A stretch of 64,000 nucleotides of DNA from Eledone cirrhosa (Eukaryota): assembly GCA_964016885.1 (NCBI GenBank), contig OZ024742.1, forward strand, positions 88,474,001 through 88,538,000, read 5' to 3'. Made by a program: the position numbers and the translations under genes. Shown piece by piece: positions 47,466 to 59,559 of this stretch (position 1 is its first letter; every line of letters begins with the position of its first letter). The notes beneath the pieces were generated by a model. That model was not told the DNA's origin, ran no database searches, and worked only from the letters and a program-made list of their open reading frames with translations.

Positions 47466-47707
47466 TCAGCTTTTGGGATATTGGCGATGTTAGGATTTCT
47501 CTTGTCATCGTTTTAACATGGCATTCTGGTTGTGAGTTTCCGATTTGAACTTTATATCTTTTGCAATTTCAATTGTTGTTTTTTTTTTCCTTTTCATTTA
47601 CCTCACAATTATCCAGTCTCTGATTTGAATGTGTTGTCTTCCTTGAAGGCCTATAACTGTTTCTTTGTTTTCTTCATGTTTCGTGTTTTATTAGGTATTT
47701 TTACAGT

Positions 47708-47764
47708 TTTCTTCTTCTTCTTCTTCTTCTTCTTATTATTATTATTATGATTATTATTATTATG

Positions 47765-47797
<33 letters not shown>
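47708..47797. repeat. (TTC)n-(ATT)n compound microsatellite opening nested array 3
   Basis: Direct reading. Confidence 0.95.
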
Positions 47798-50700
47798 GGC
47801 GACCTATGTAGTAAATCGTATCATCGTGAGCTCCGCAAAGTTTGTTATTTTCAGTTGTTTAAAACTGCCATTCATGGAAAATTGTTATTGTTAACTGTAT
47901 ATAAGTGCACATACATTGTCATCTGAAAAGGACACCCAAAATTATTGGGGCCTTGAGCCCAAAATTTAAACTTTTATAATTATCAAACAAAAATTTTTCT
48001 TTGAAAAATCATGGCTAATTCAGAGTCACTCCTTTCTCACAAATTAACACCTCACACCGACACCACCATTGTAAATATTACTACGTTTGCCAACACTAAA
48101 AATATAAGCAGTAGCAATATTTTAAATTTGCCTCAGGCAGACATTCATTTCCCGCCATTACCAATGGCTGCAGGTGTTAATGCCGCCGCCACCACCGCGA
48201 CAACCACCGCCGCCACCACCACCGTGACAACAGAAACAAAAGAAAAAAATTAATTAACTCGTGATATCGAAATGAATTCAACCAAAATGAACTCTTCCAC
48301 ACCGAACACCACTGACGCCACCACTACCACAACTGAAACTAAAATTAATAATAACAAAAATAACGATAACAACAACAGCAACAATGACATTAAGAAAACC
48401 ACCATTAATTTTGCCGCAGTAGCAAAACAGTGCGAAGCATTTCAGGTAACTCAGGAGGAATTAGAAGAAGCCAAAAAAATGGTAAAGAAAGATGGGTACA
48501 GGGTCAGCCCCCCCCCCACCTAAGAAAATGGACCATCGGCGCCTATGCACCGTGTCTTATCGAACAATTAATATAAAATCGCGCCGAGTGGAACGGGCAT
48601 CCGAGTCCCAAAGCCAAAAAGCTTTGGGACATGTGTGGGCCAAAAAAACTCACATCAGACGTGCGCAGAAGTATGGAACCGTGGACGTGTCCTTTGAAAC
48701 ACCACAGCAGGCTAGGGAACACTCCATGGCCCCATTAAGAAGTGATGACTTCACACTCGTCCCAAGCTATTGTGGCCAGAGACTCGTAAAGATCAGGGTG
48801 ACCCACGTTCCACCGGCCATAGAAATTCCCTGGCTAATAGCTGCCATCCTCGCCGGCATCGAAGACAACGCCAAGATAATCAAAATAGCGAAAGAAAAGC
48901 AGGAGAACTGGTCCGGATCTGCGATGGAGCTCCTGATACAAGCGGACCCCAAAACAATTGAAGAGATCCCTGAGGTAATAGACCTCACTGACGGCAGCCA
49001 CCGTAATTGTCGAGGGCAGAAGGCCTAGGTGTGTCGTTTGTGGTGAAGGAAACCACCTAAGAGCTTTCTGTCCTCAGGCTAAAAGGTTGAGGCCACCTCT
49101 CCTACCCACCCCAGTGGCTCAACCATCAACACCACCAGCAGCAGAGATGGCAGCAACAACTGTAGCAGCAACAACAAATGCAACTGTAACAGCAACAACC
49201 CCAGCAACAGTAGCAAAACCAACACCACCACCACCCAACGCTTCATAACTAGCACCATCGCCTACATCATCCACAGCACCACAACCAAAACCAACGCCTG
49301 TGGGGGATTTTCGACTCCCCGGCCTACACAACTGGAGACAGATTGTGACGACGAGGAGTGGGAAACGGTGTCAGGGAAAAAAGAAAAAAAAAGAAACCAA
49401 AAAAGAAAAAATTCTCTTCCCTTCCCCTCCAAAAACAAAATACAGATCGAAACAAATAATCTATCAAACAAAAAAGTTAGGACAGATATGCCACCATCCA
49501 CACCAGCATCACCAAACCCATCACCCCAAACACCAACATCATCACCATCATTAACACCAACACCACCATCACCTACACCACAATAGTCACCAAAAAGCGA
49601 AACAGAAACAAACCCACAACAAACACAAACAAAGCGAAACAACCAAAACGATACACACTACACAGCATTAAATTTGAACAACAACCAATTATTACACTAC
49701 ATCCAACACAACACCAGCATCACAGAAAAATACTACACAACAACCCAAAAGTTCACACCACCTCCACACATACAAATCACTCGCATCACACAGAAAACGT
49801 ACATGACACTAAAACAAAAATTCCCCAAAGACATCGGAGAATTCTGACAAGCACTCTCCAGGAGGATTTATAAGGACATCCTTCCTGAGGAAGCCACAAG
49901 CAGTAAAAAGGATGGAGAAACCGTCCTTCCTCTACGAGAAGTAATGTAAGAGGTCTTTCCCATGTTTTCCACTCCATTTCAACATGACCTCACTCAGAAT
50001 AGGCAGCATAAATGCGCGTGGCTTGGGGTCGTCATGGAAGCAGGGCCACCTGCTCAACGACCTCAGGTCACTAAACATAGATGTAGTGGCATCAGCCAGA
50101 CCAGAATCTCCGAAGCACGGTCCTTCGCACCGATCTTCGGCGGCTACGATGTGTACGCATCTCCCAGCCGTCCGGGATAGGAGGGAGGAGTTGCTGTGCT
50201 TTTTCGGAGAGGTTTGGATATTGCCATACGGGCCATCTTCCTGGACCCAGAAGGTAAGTTGGTGGTGCTAGACGTGACCAGCGCAAATGGGCAAGTTTTC
50301 AGGTTAGGAGCCGTCTATGCCCCGACAGGAGCAGGGCGGCCTGATTTCTTCGGCGTCTGGAGACCTTTCTTGGAACGTCCCGCTCTTTAGTGTTAGTGGG
50401 CGACTGGAACGGGATCTTAGAAGCACGCTGGGACTGTGTGGGATTAGCGGATAGGGGAGGAGGGTGCAAGAGTCTCACCAAGCTGCTCAAGCGTTTCGAA
50501 CTGTTTGAGAGGTACCGATTGGATTTCCCGAATGTGCCAATGTGGACAAATCGCATAGGGTCATCCAGATCATATCTAGATAGAGTATTTTGTAGGGAAA
50601 TAGATAGGTCTAGCACAGGCTGTCCACAATTCAAGATAGTCAGCTACACGGACCACAAATTCGTGATCTGTGTGCTTGACTTAGATAGGCTTCATAGACG

Positions 50701-53536
50701 AGGACCCGGCTACTGGAAACTAAACGCGTCCTTACCAGCGCGCAAGGCCTACAGAGACCGGATTAGCGAACTAGTTAAGCGGGCCTTGACGGGGGCCAGG
50801 GTCAACAACAAGTGGTGGTTTGTTCTGAAAAGAGCAATTAGAAAAGAGTCCATTAGGTTTAGTAAGGCTTTAGCTATAGAGAAAAATAGATAAGAGGGAG
50901 AATTAGTTAGAAAATTAGACGAGGAGCTTAGCAAAGGCATCGCTACCGACGTGCTTGCGGCGAAATTGACCCTTGACCAATTCTTCAATGCAAAGCACGA
51001 ATGCTGCGTTGTCAGAGCTAGGGTGCATTCTCTCAGACACGAGGGGTCGAAAGCCGTTCAATGAGCTTGAGTGGCGGAGGCGCGTCGTGGCAACAAAGCC
51101 ACGATCCGGTCTTTGGTGGACCACGATGGGCGCAAGCTACTCGATCCCGGGCAAATGTGTGAAGCTTTTCAGCGACACTTCGCACAGCTGTTCGGGAGCC
51201 GCGGCGGTCCGCATCGAGGGATGGACTTTAGTGTCCACCTCGACGGACTGCCGCGGCTCTCGGCCACTGAGGCGGAGTGTTGCGAAAAGCCGATAACAGC
51301 CGCTGAAGTACGGGAGGCAATGACTGGCTGCACAAGGGGTAAATCGCCTGGTTTGGATGGTCTGCCCAATGAACTTTACGTACAGATGCCAGACTTGTTC
51401 GGAGGCCTCTTTGCGGACGTCTACTGCAACTGCCAACAGAATGGGAGAATTCCCAGCTCTGTGAGCCGAGGAGCTGTGGTGCTGCTGAGAAAGGATCCGT
51501 ACAAGGGGGATAACATAGATAATTTCAGGCCCATATCTCTGGTAAACACAGAGTTCAAGATGTTGGCCAACGTTCTAGCAAAGAGATTGGCGCTTGTCGT
51601 TGGTGGTCTGGTGGGAGAGGCGCAGACGTGCGCAATTTCCGACAGATACATCCACGAAAACCTCCACCTCATGCGAAACATAGTAGAGAGAGTAGCTAGG
51701 GAAGCTGGCACGGGTGGGTCCTTGATCAATTTAGATCAGTCGAAAGATTTCGATAGAGTCGGCCATCTTTACGTATCGGCAGTCCTGAGGGCGGCTGGTT
51801 TTGAGCCCGTCTTCAGAGGCACGATCGCTTCCATGCACAGCGACATCTGCTCTGTGGTGAGAGTAAACGGTCACCTTTCGGAACCGTTTAACATCATGCG
51901 CTCGGTCCGCCGAGCATGTCCCCTCTCGTCCCTCTTGTACGTATTGACTCTCGAGCCATTACTGGAGACGTTGAGGGGCGTCAGTGGGCCTGCAGCTCGG
52001 CAGTGGGCCTGCAGCTCTGCACCTGGAGAAGCATGTCCATGCCGTCCAACAGCGTCGTCGCGCGCTGGACGGACGAACCAGTTAAATTGCTCGGCGTCTG
52101 GTTCGGTCCGGATCTCCAGACGGACAAAAACTGGGACGAGGTGACGGGCAGGGTGGCTTCTCTGACCCAGAAATGGGCCGAGAGGAAGCTATCCATGAAA
52201 TGTCGAGCGAAGGTGGCTAACGCGTACATCGCCTCCGTGATCTACTACCCCCTGACCGCCGTACCATGTCCTAAGCCCCGCCTGGCTGCGCTGGAGCGTT
52301 TCTTCTTTCGCTTTTTGTGGAAGGGACGCGCTCCGATGGTCAGGCGGTCCATCTGCTGTCAACACCCGCTACGTTGAGGGCTGGGCATGCCGTGGCTGAT
52401 GATGTGCAGACACGCGCTCAGGCTACGACAACTCCACCTCTTCCTCCGCGGTGATCAGGTGTGGTCGCCGTTTGCTACACACGTCTTTCCCCAACTCGTC
52501 TCCTTGACGGAGCTGCAGCCCTGGGTTAAGCGAAGACCGAGGGGGAGCGCTTAGAAGACTGAAATGTCTTAAGGCGCTCACAGCCCTCGACCAATCGGGC
52601 AATGTGATCGGTGGAAACTCCACCTTGGCATTCTATAGAGGATTAGTGGAAGGGAAGAGCGACGAGGTACTTGGAGAAACTCTAGGCGTCGACGAAAATC
52701 AACTAGACATTCTCTTCGGAAGGACTTTCGGGCCGGGGCCTATGGACAACTTCCAGAAATCCCTGGCCTGGCAGTGCTACCGAGGAGCTTTGCCAGTTCG
52801 GGATAAACTCTATAGGCATGGAGGTGCCGTCAGCGGGCAAGTCCGAGATGCGTGCAGAGCGACGAAATCGGTCTGCACGCACTCGTCCATTGTCTGAGCA
52901 TTGCTGACTTGTGGGTTTATGTCGAACATCTTCTGTCGCGTGTGGGACGGATCCAGCTATCAGCTGAGTCCATCGTGAGGATTGCCTTGCCCTCTTCCTT
53001 TATTCGGGAAGGCAAGCAGTTTTTATATGTCTGGTGGCCATTGCGAAAGATATAGTATGGTGGACACGTTTGAAAGGGCTGAAGACGAGCACTTACCTCT
53101 TCGGTGATGCCCTGATTAACTTTTTCAAATTTCATTTGAAAAGGAAAATCAGGGTAGAGAGGGAAGTGGTCTCCTCCCAGCATTTTCTTGAAAGATGGGT
53201 GAGAGAGGCAAGAATGGCCCGAGTGAATGGGCCTACTCTGAATATGTGTCTGTAAATTAAAGGTGGAAAACTGGGAGAGGGCACATTCCCTGGTGGTCAG
53301 GGTCACTGTGGCCTTTTAATGGGCTTTCTCCACACATGTCCCTCCGAATCCTCCCCCCTATTGGGGAATTTTTCATTGTTATTTTTTGTTACATTCTGTT
53401 TTTGTTTTTTTTACAAACAGAAATGCCCATTTGTACCATCCTGTATTGTCCTGTACAGTCCTTAATGTCTACTTAATAACCTTTTGCCCCGTCTTGTATT
53501 GTCCTGTACAGTCCTTAATGTCTACTTAATGTATAC

Positions 53537-53537
<1 letters not shown>
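47798..53537 (+). mobile_element. Tx1 family B copy 2, full-length and decayed (ORF1 48011-49944, ORF2 49984-53255)
   Basis: Starts GGCGACC. Collinear with copy 3. A deletion near 51980 removes the YADD region. The 3' end is rearranged. Confidence 0.93.
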
Positions 53538-53599
<62 letters not shown>

Positions 53600-53809
53600 G
53601 GCGACCTACGTAGTAAATCGTATCATCGTGAGCTCCGCAAAGGTTTGTTATTTCCGTTTGTTAAAAATTGCCATTTATGGAAAATTTTATTGTTAACTGT
53701 TTATAAGCACACATACATTGTTTTCCGAAAAGGACACCCAAAAAGATTGGGGCCTCGTGCCCAAAATTTTAACTTTTATTATTATCAAAAAATTTCTTTG
53801 GAAAAAAAA

Positions 53810-55805
53810 ATGGCTTCTTCACCTCTGCACGAAGCAGCTGAAAGCCTTCCTCACAAAATAACAGCTCACACCGACACCACCATTGTAAATGTTACTACGT
53901 TTGCCAACATAAAAAAAAATATAAGCAGTAGCAATATTTTAAATTTGTCTCAGGCAGACATTCATTTCCCGCCATTACCAATGACTGCAGGTGTTAAAGC
54001 CTCCACTACCACCACCACCGCGACAACCACCACCACCACCACCACCACCACCACCGCGACAACAGAAACAAAAGAAGAAAAAAATAAATTAACTCGTGAT
54101 ATCGAAATGAAATCAAGCAATATGGACTCTTCCAAACCAAAGACGACTGACGTCACCACCACCACAACTGAAACTAAAATTAATATTAACGAAACCAACA
54201 ACAACAACAATGACATTAGAACCCCCCCCCCCTCAGTTTCGCCAGAGTAGCAAAACAATTCGAAGCATTTACGGTAACACAGGAAGATTTAGAAAATGCC
54301 AAACAAATGGTAAAGAAAGATGGGTACAGGGTCAGCCTCACCCCCCCCCCCACACCTAATAAAATGGACCATCGGCGCCTATTCAACGTGTCGTATAGAA
54401 CAATAAATGTAAAATCGCGCCGAGTGGAACGGGCATCCGAGTCCCAAATCCAAAAAGCTTTGGGACATGTGTGGGCAAGATAAACCCACATCAGACGTGG
54501 GCAAAAGTATGGAACCGTGGACGTGTTCTTTGAAACACCAGAGGAGGCTAGAGAACACTCCATGGCCCCATTAAAAAGTGACGACTTCACACTCGTCCCA
54601 AGCTATTGTGGCCAGAAACTCGTAAAGATCAGGGTGACCCACGTTCCACCGGACATCCAAATTCCCTGGCTAATAGCGGCCGTCCTCGCCGGCATCGAAG
54701 CCAACACGAAAATAATAGCAATAGCAAAAGAAAAACAGGAAAACTGGTCCGGATCTGGGATGGAGCTCCTGATCCAAGCGGACCAAAAAAGGATTGAGGA
54801 GATCCCAGAGGTAATAGACCTCACTGACGGCAGCAACCTCACGGTAATTGTCGAGGGCAGAAGACCTAGGTGTGTCGTTTGTGGTGAAGGAACCCACCTA
54901 AGGGCTTTCTGCCCTCAGGCTAAAAGGTTGAGGCCACCTCTCCTACCCACCCCAGTGACACAACCATCAACACCACCAGTAGCAGAGATGGCAGCAACAA
55001 CTGTAGCAGCAACAACAGAAGCAACTATAACAGCAACAACCCCAGCAACAGTAGCAAAACCAACACCACTACCACCACCAGCAAAACCAACACCACCACC
55101 ACCCAACGCTTCAGAACTAGCACCAGCGCCCACACCATTCACCACACCACAACCAAAACTAACGGCTGTGGAGGATTTTCCACTCCCCGGCCTATCACAA
55201 CTGGAGACAGATTGTGACGACGAGGAGTGGGAAACGATATCCGGAAAAAAAAAGAAACCAAAAAAGAAAAAAATTGTCTTCCTTCCCCCTTCAAAAACAA
55301 AATACAGAGGGAAACAAATAAACTAAGAAACAAAAAAGTTAGGACAGATATGCCACCATCCACACCAGCATCACCAACCCCATCAACCCAAACACCAACA
55401 CCATCACCATCATTAACTCCAACACCACCATCACCTACACCACAAAAGTCACCAAAATGCGAAACAGAAACAAACCCACAACAAACGCAAAAAAAACAAA
55501 ACAACCAAAACGATACACACTACACAGCATTAAATTTGAACAACAAGCAATTATTACACTACATCCAACACAACACCAGCATCACAGAAAAAGACTACAC
55601 AACAACCCCAAAATTCACACCACCTCCACACATACAAATCACTCGCATCACACAGAAAACGTACATGACACTAAAACAAAAATTCCCCAAAGACATCGGA
55701 GACTTCCGACAAGCACTCTCCAGGAGGATTTATAAGGACATCCTTCCTGAGGAGGCCACAAGCAGTGAAAAGGATGGAAAAGCATCCTTCCCCTACGAGA
55801 AGTAA
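53810..55805 (+). pseudogene. Tx1-B ORF1 (RRM-like domain + CX2CX4HX4C knuckle, Thr/Pro-rich), broken at homopolymers and one stop
   Basis: KYGTVDVFFETPEEA; GRRPRCVVCGEGTHLRAFC. Frameshifts at a C-run (~54222) and an A-run (~55245); TAA at 54481. Confidence 0.85.
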
Positions 55806-55844
55806 GGTAAGTGGTCTTTCCCATCTTTTCCACTCCTTTTCAAC

Positions 55845-58800
55845 ATGACCTCACTCAGAATAGGCAGCATAAATGCGCGTGGCTTGGGGTCGTCATGGAA
55901 GCAGGGCCACCTGCTCAACGACCTCAGGTCACTAAACATAGATGTAGTGGCCATCAGCGAGACCAGAATCTCCGAAGCACAGGCTTTCGCACCGATCTTC
56001 GGCGGCTACGATGTGTACGCATCTCCCAGCCGTCCGGGATCGGGGGGAGGAGTTGCTGTGCTTTTTCGGAGTGGTTTGGATCTTGCCATACGAGCCATCT
56101 TCCTGGACCCAGAAGGTAAGTTGGTGGGGCTGGACGTGACCAGCGGAGACGGGCAAGCTTTCAGGTTAGTGGCCGTCTATGCCCCGACAGGAGCAGGGCG
56201 GCCTGATTTCTTCCGGCGTCTGGAGACCTTTCTTGGAACGTCCCGCTCTTTAGTGTTAGTGGGCGACTGGAACGGGATCTTAGATGCACGCTGGGATTGT
56301 GTGGGATTAGTGGATAGGGAAGGAGGGTGCAAGAGTCTCACCAACCTGCTCAGACGTTTTGAACTGTCTGACAGGTACCGAATGGATTTCCCGAATGTAC
56401 CAATGTGGACTTGGACAAATCGCATAGGGTCATCCAGATCATATCTAGATAGAGTATTTTGTAGGGAAATAGATAGGTCTAGCATAGGCTGTTCACAATT
56501 CAAGATATTCAGCTACACGGACCACAAATTCGTGATCTGTGTGCTTGAATTAGATAGGCTTCATAGACGAGGACCCGGCTACTGGAAGCTAAACGCATCC
56601 TTACCAGCGCGCAAGGGCTACAGAGACCGGATTAGCGAACTAGTTAAGCGGGCTTTGACGGGGGCCATCGTCAACAACAAGTGGTGGTTTGCTCTGAAAA
56701 GAGCAATTAGAATAGAGTCCATTAGGTTTAGTAAGACTTTAGCAATAGAGAAAAATAGAGCAGAGGGAGAATTAGTTATAAAATTAGATGAGGCGCTTAG
56801 CAAAGGCATCGCGACCGACGTACTTGCGGCGAAATTGGCCCTTGACCAATTCTTCAATGCAAAGCACGAAGGCTGCGTTGTCAGAGCAAGGGTGCGTGCT
56901 CTCAGACACGAGGGGACGAAAGCCGTTCAATGGGCCCGAGTGGCGGAGGCGCGTCGTGGCAACAAAGCCACGATCCGGTCTTTGGTGGACCACGACGGGC
57001 GCAAGCTACTCGATCCCGGGCAAATGTGTGAAGCTTTTCTGCGACACTTCGCTCAACTGTTCGGGGGCAGTGGCGGGCCGGATCGAGGGATGGACTTTAG
57101 TGTCTACCTCGACGGACTGCCGCGGCTTTCGTCCACTGAGGCGGAGTGTTGCGAAAAGCCGATAACAACCGCTGAAGTACGGCATGCAATGACTAGTTGC
57201 ACAAGGGGTACATCGCCTGGTTTGGATGGTCTGCCCTATGAACTTTACGTACAAATGCCAAACTTGTTCGGAGGCCTCTTGGCGGACGTCTACTGCAACT
57301 GGCAACAGAACGGGAGAATTCCCAGCTCTGTGAGCCGAGGAGCGGTGGCGCTGCTGAGAAAGGATCCGAACAAGGGGGATAACATAGATAATTTTAGGCC
57401 CATAACTCTGCTAAACACAGAGTTCAAGATTTTGGCCAAGGTGCTAGCAAAGAGGTTGGCGCTTGTCGTTGATGGTCTGGTGGGAGAGGCACAGACATGC
57501 GCCATTCCCGACAGATCCATCCACGACAACCTCCACCTCATGCGATACATCGTAGAGAGGGTAGCTAGGGAACCTGGCACGGGTGGGTATTTGATCAATT
57601 TAGATCAGTCGAAAGCCTTCGATAGGGTCGACCATCGTTACCTAGCGGCAGTCCTGAGGGCGGCTGGCTTTGGGCCCGTCTTCAGAGGCTGGATCGCTGC
57701 CATGCACAGCGACATCTGCTCTGTAGTGAGAGTGAACGGTCACCTTTCGGAACCGTTCAACATCATGCGCTCGGTCCGCCAAGGATGTCCCCTCTCGTCC
57801 CTATTGTACGTATTGACTCTCGAGCCATTACTGCACAAACTGGAGACGTTGAGGGGGGTCCCGCGCGAACTAGGATGCGGAAAATCCGTGTCAGCATATG
57901 CCGACGATGTCACCGTAGTGGTGTCGAACGCCAAACACATCGAGGCGATCGGCACTACACTAAGAGAATACGAAGCGGTGACAGGAGCAATGATCAACCA
58001 GGAAAAGTCAGTAGGCCTGCAGCTCGGCACCTGGAGAGGCAGGTCCATGCCGTCCAACAACGTCGTCGGGCGCTGGACGGACGGACCGGTTAAATTGCTA
58101 GGGGTCTGGTTCGGTCCAGACCTCCAGACGGACAAAAACTGGGACGAGGTGACGAGCAGGGTGGCTTCTCTCACCCAGAAATGGGCCGAGAGGAAGCTAT
58201 CTCTGAAAGGTCGAGCGGAGGTGGCGAATGCGTACATCGCATCCGTCATCTACTACCGCCTGACCGTCGTACCTTGTCCTAAGCCCCACCTGACTGCGCT
58301 GGAGCGTTTGCTCTTTCGCTTCTTGTGGAAGGGACGCGCTCCGATGGTCAGGCGGTCCATCTGCTGTCAACACCCGCTACGTGGAGGGCTGGGCATGCCG
58401 TGGCTGATGATGCGCAGACACGCGCTCAGGCTACGACATCTCCACCTCTTCCTCGACGGTGATCAGGTGTGGTCGCCGTTTGCAAGACACGTTTTTCCCC
58501 AGCTCGTCTCCTTGACGGAGCTGCAGTCCTGGGTCAAGCGAAGACCGAGAGGGAGCGCTTGGAGACTGGAATGTCTTCAGGCGCTCACAGCCCTCGACCA
58601 ATCGGGCAATGTGATCGGTGGAAACTCCACCTTGGCGTTCTATAGGGGATTAGTGGAGGGGAAGAGCGACGACGTACTTGGAGAAACTCTAGGCGTCGAC
58701 GAAAATCAACTAGCCAATCTCTTCGGAAGGACTTTCGGGCCGGGGCCTATGGACAACTTCCAGAAATCCCTTGCCTGGCAGTGCTACCGAGGAGCTTTGC

Positions 58801-59263
58801 CAGTTCGGGATAAACTCTACAGGCATGGAGGTGCCGTCAGCCGGGCATGTCCGAGTTGCGCGCAGGGCGACGAAACCGTCCTGCACGCACTCGTCCAGTG
58901 TCCGAGCATTGCTGACTTGTGGGTTTATGTCGAACACCTGCTGTCACGTGTAGAACGGATCCAGCTATCAACTGAGTCCATCGTGAGGATTGCCCCGCCC
59001 CCTTCCTTTAGCCTGGAAGGGCAGGCAGTTTTTATCTGTCTGGTGGCCATGGCGAACGAGATAGTATGGTGGACACGTTTGAAAGACTGAAGACGAGCAC
59101 TTACCTCTTCGGTGATGCCCTGATTAACTTTTTCAAATTTCATTTGAAAAGGAGAATCAGGGTAGAGAGGGAAGTGCTCTCTTCCCAGCATTTTGTTGAA
59201 AGATGGGTGAGAGAAGCAAGTATGGCCCGAATGAATGGGCCTTCTCTGAGTATGTGTCTGTAA
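55845..59263 (+). CDS. Tx1-B ORF2: apurinic-like endonuclease, reverse transcriptase, CCHC finger; 1081 aa open, then one frameshift near 59087
   Basis: SINARGL, SET, GDWN, LDR, TDH, GYWKLN; NFRPITLLN, LDQSKAFD, VRQGCPLS, AYADD; CPSC...ETVLHALVQC. The C-terminus continues in ORF 59066-59263. Confidence 0.95.
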
Positions 59264-59505
59264 ATTAAAGGTGGAAAACTGGGAGAGGGCACTTGCCCTG
59301 GTGGTCAGGGCCACTGTGGTCTTTTAATGGGCTTTCTCCACAAATGTCCCTTGGAAGTCTCCCCCCTATTGGGGAATTTTTCTTTGTTATTTTATTTCAA
59401 CCTCTGTTTTTTTACACGCAGAAATGCTCATTTGTACCGTCCTGTATTGTCCTGTACTGTCCTTAATGTCTACTTTATGTGAACCCTTGTGGTTAATAAA
59501 GAAAA

Positions 59506-59538
<33 letters not shown>

Positions 59539-59559
59539 CATTTTTATTATTATTATTAT

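Larger units (their letters stand above)
53600..59506 (+). mobile_element. Tx1 family B copy 3, full-length and best preserved
   Basis: GGCGACC start; CCCTTGTGGTTAATAAAGAAAAC(ATT)n end. Confidence 0.96.

Noticed and set aside
55240-55280. Programmed frameshift in Tx1-B ORF1 at the A-rich run
   Set aside because: The copy at 49368 reads through in frame and run lengths differ between copies. Homopolymer slippage or sequencing error explains it.
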